DNA of 64,000 nucleotides from a virus (Duplodnaviria; Caudoviricetes): IMG/VR virus record IMGVR_UViG_2795385840_000015, positions 1 to 64,000 of that record; one strand, 5' to 3'. Shown piece by piece: positions 62,851 to 64,000 of this stretch (position 1 is its first letter; each line of letters starts with the position of its first letter). The notes under the pieces were generated by a model. It saw only the letters and a program-made list of their open reading frames with translations, ran no database searches and was not told where the DNA came from. The position numbers and the translations under genes were made by a program.

Positions 62851-64000
62851 GTGGCGTTGGGGCTGACTACTTATACGTCTGGCTCCGGTTCATATGCACT
62901 GCCACCCGAGGCGAATCGGGTTGACGTGATCTTGCTCGGTGGTGGCGGTGGCGGCGGTGGTGGTGACGGAGGTCAGAGCACTACTGGAGAGGGCGGCAAG
63001 AAAGGTACTTGGCAGACAGTCACTTTGGTGCGTCCAGATGGCGGTTCGTGGGCGGTTCCGTCTGTCGGTTGGGCAGTTGGCGGCGGCGGTGAGGCTGGAA
63101 AGGTCGAGAAGTCTGGTGGTAGTGGTGGTGACTCCACGGCGACCTTCAATGGCGCGACAACCACAGCCAGCGGTGGCGCGGGCGGTGCGGGCGCTTATGC
63201 GGGCAACGGTAAGGATACTCCGGGCGAGTCGCCGGGAAACGTTACGTACAACGGCAATACCTATGTCGGGGGTGAGGCAGCTGCGGCGAACAAGCCGGGC
63301 AATTCGCCCGGTGGCGGCGGCGGTCCTGGCACGGGCGGCATCTTTGGCCCTATAGGCAATTACAAGCCCGGTCAACCTGGTGGAGCGGGGCAAGTGTGGT
63401 TTTACGCTTGGTATGCGCCGATTGCGTGGACTGCCAACGCCAGCTTGGTGGTTACAGCTGCGGTGGCGGCTAGGTGTTCGCGGGGGCAGTCAATGGGCGC
63501 AGATGTGAGTGTGACGGCTTCACCCACTATGACGCCGACGAATAACCACAAGGCTATGTCTGCGCTATTCGTAAACACTGTGCTTAGCGGCTCGGCTTTC
63601 CGAACTACCTACGGGTCAACGGATTTAGCTATCTCTGTATCGACAGATGTTGACACCACCAAGACGAAGATTCTGGTTGGCGATCTGGCTGTGACGATGG
63701 TTCCACAGGTTGCCGTGTCGTTGGGCCAGTCATTCAGTGCTGGGCTGGCGGTGTCGGCGGTGCTCTCGGCAGCTCTCTCAAATGGTTTGTCGGGGTCTGC
63801 GGTACTGCCGATTTCCGCGATGTTCACGGCGGCTGCGGAGCGGTCCGCGCGGGTGTCGGCTGACTTGGCCGTAATGGCTTTCATGTCCGCCGACGCTCGG
63901 CGCACTACGCATGGCTCAGCGGCGCTGAACGTCGCAGTCGGACTTAACCCGCAAGCGACCTCTGGTGCTGTGGGGGACGCGAACCTAACGGTGTCTGCTG
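62851..64000 (+). CDS. Glycine-rich minor tail protein (truncated at window end; not in ORF track)
   Basis: GTG right after the previous stop; VDVILLGGGGGGGG...PGGGGG...GQVW; frame appears open to the end. Confidence 0.75.
   Translation, partial: MALGLTTYTSGSGSYALPPEANRVDVILLGGGGGGGGGDGGQSTTGEGGKKGTWQTVTLVRPDGGSWAVPSVGWAVGGGGEAGKVEKSGGSGGDSTATFNGATTTASGGAGGAGAYAGNGKDTPGESPGNVTYNGNTYVGGEAAAANKPGNSPGGGGGPGTGGIFGPIGNYKPGQPGGAGQVWFYAWYAPIAWTANASLVVTAAVAARCSRGQSMGADVSVTASPTMTPTNNHKAMSALFVNTVLSGSAFRTTYGSTDLAISVSTDVDTTKTKILVGDLAVTMVPQVAVSLGQSFSAGLAVSAVLSAALSNGLSGSAVLPISAMFTAAAERSARVSADLAVMAFMSADARRTTHGSAALNVAVGLNPQATSGAVGDANLTVSA

Larger units (their letters stand above)
1..64000. mobile_element. 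Temperate mycobacteriophage-like siphovirus prophage (partial; integrase and lysis genes outside window)
   Basis: Repressor/cro switch, replication and recombination genes, tRNA cluster, terminase-portal-capsid-tail synteny; the sequence reads through the probable cos region, as expected for an integrated or circular form. Confidence 0.95.

Noticed and set aside
1-64000. Integrase/att site, lysins, DGR/retron reverse transcriptase, IS elements
   Set aside because: No recognisable recombinase, lysin, reverse transcriptase or transposase motifs in any ORF of this window.

Overview
The whole 64-kb window is a temperate siphovirus genome of a high-GC actinobacterial host, most likely a mycobacterial prophage; an M. 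abscessus/chelonae-group host is inferred from cargo genes. Order: immunity switch (membrane gene, repressor, cro, xis-like; 1-1856); structured non-coding stretch (2188-2769); rightward early block with a Ro60/TROVE-like (DUF2828-type) vWA protein, exonuclease and ERF recombination genes, DnaB, two WhiB, a Prs-like/Nampt-like pair (NARP1-type NAD+ reconstitution), PNK, RNA ligase, antirepressor and SSB (2.8-27.5 kb); 18 tRNA genes interleaved with independently promoted cargo genes (27.5-33.2 kb); leftward block with an AAA+ ATPase and two paralogous partner genes (33.2-41 kb); probable cos region (~41.45 kb); head/tail morphogenesis genes running off the right edge. No integrase or lysis cassette lies in the window. 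The best candidate for an undescribed system is directly downstream of the Ro-like gene: a putative small transcription unit with three ~55-60-nt RNA modules (7365-7561). Each has a co-varying 7-bp terminal stem, an invariant CAGCAAT motif and a variable AT-rich loop, at least one of which copies a tRNA anticodon loop. These are candidate non-canonical Y-like/tRNA-mimic RNAs. All functional calls come from motif recognition by eye; no database searches were run.
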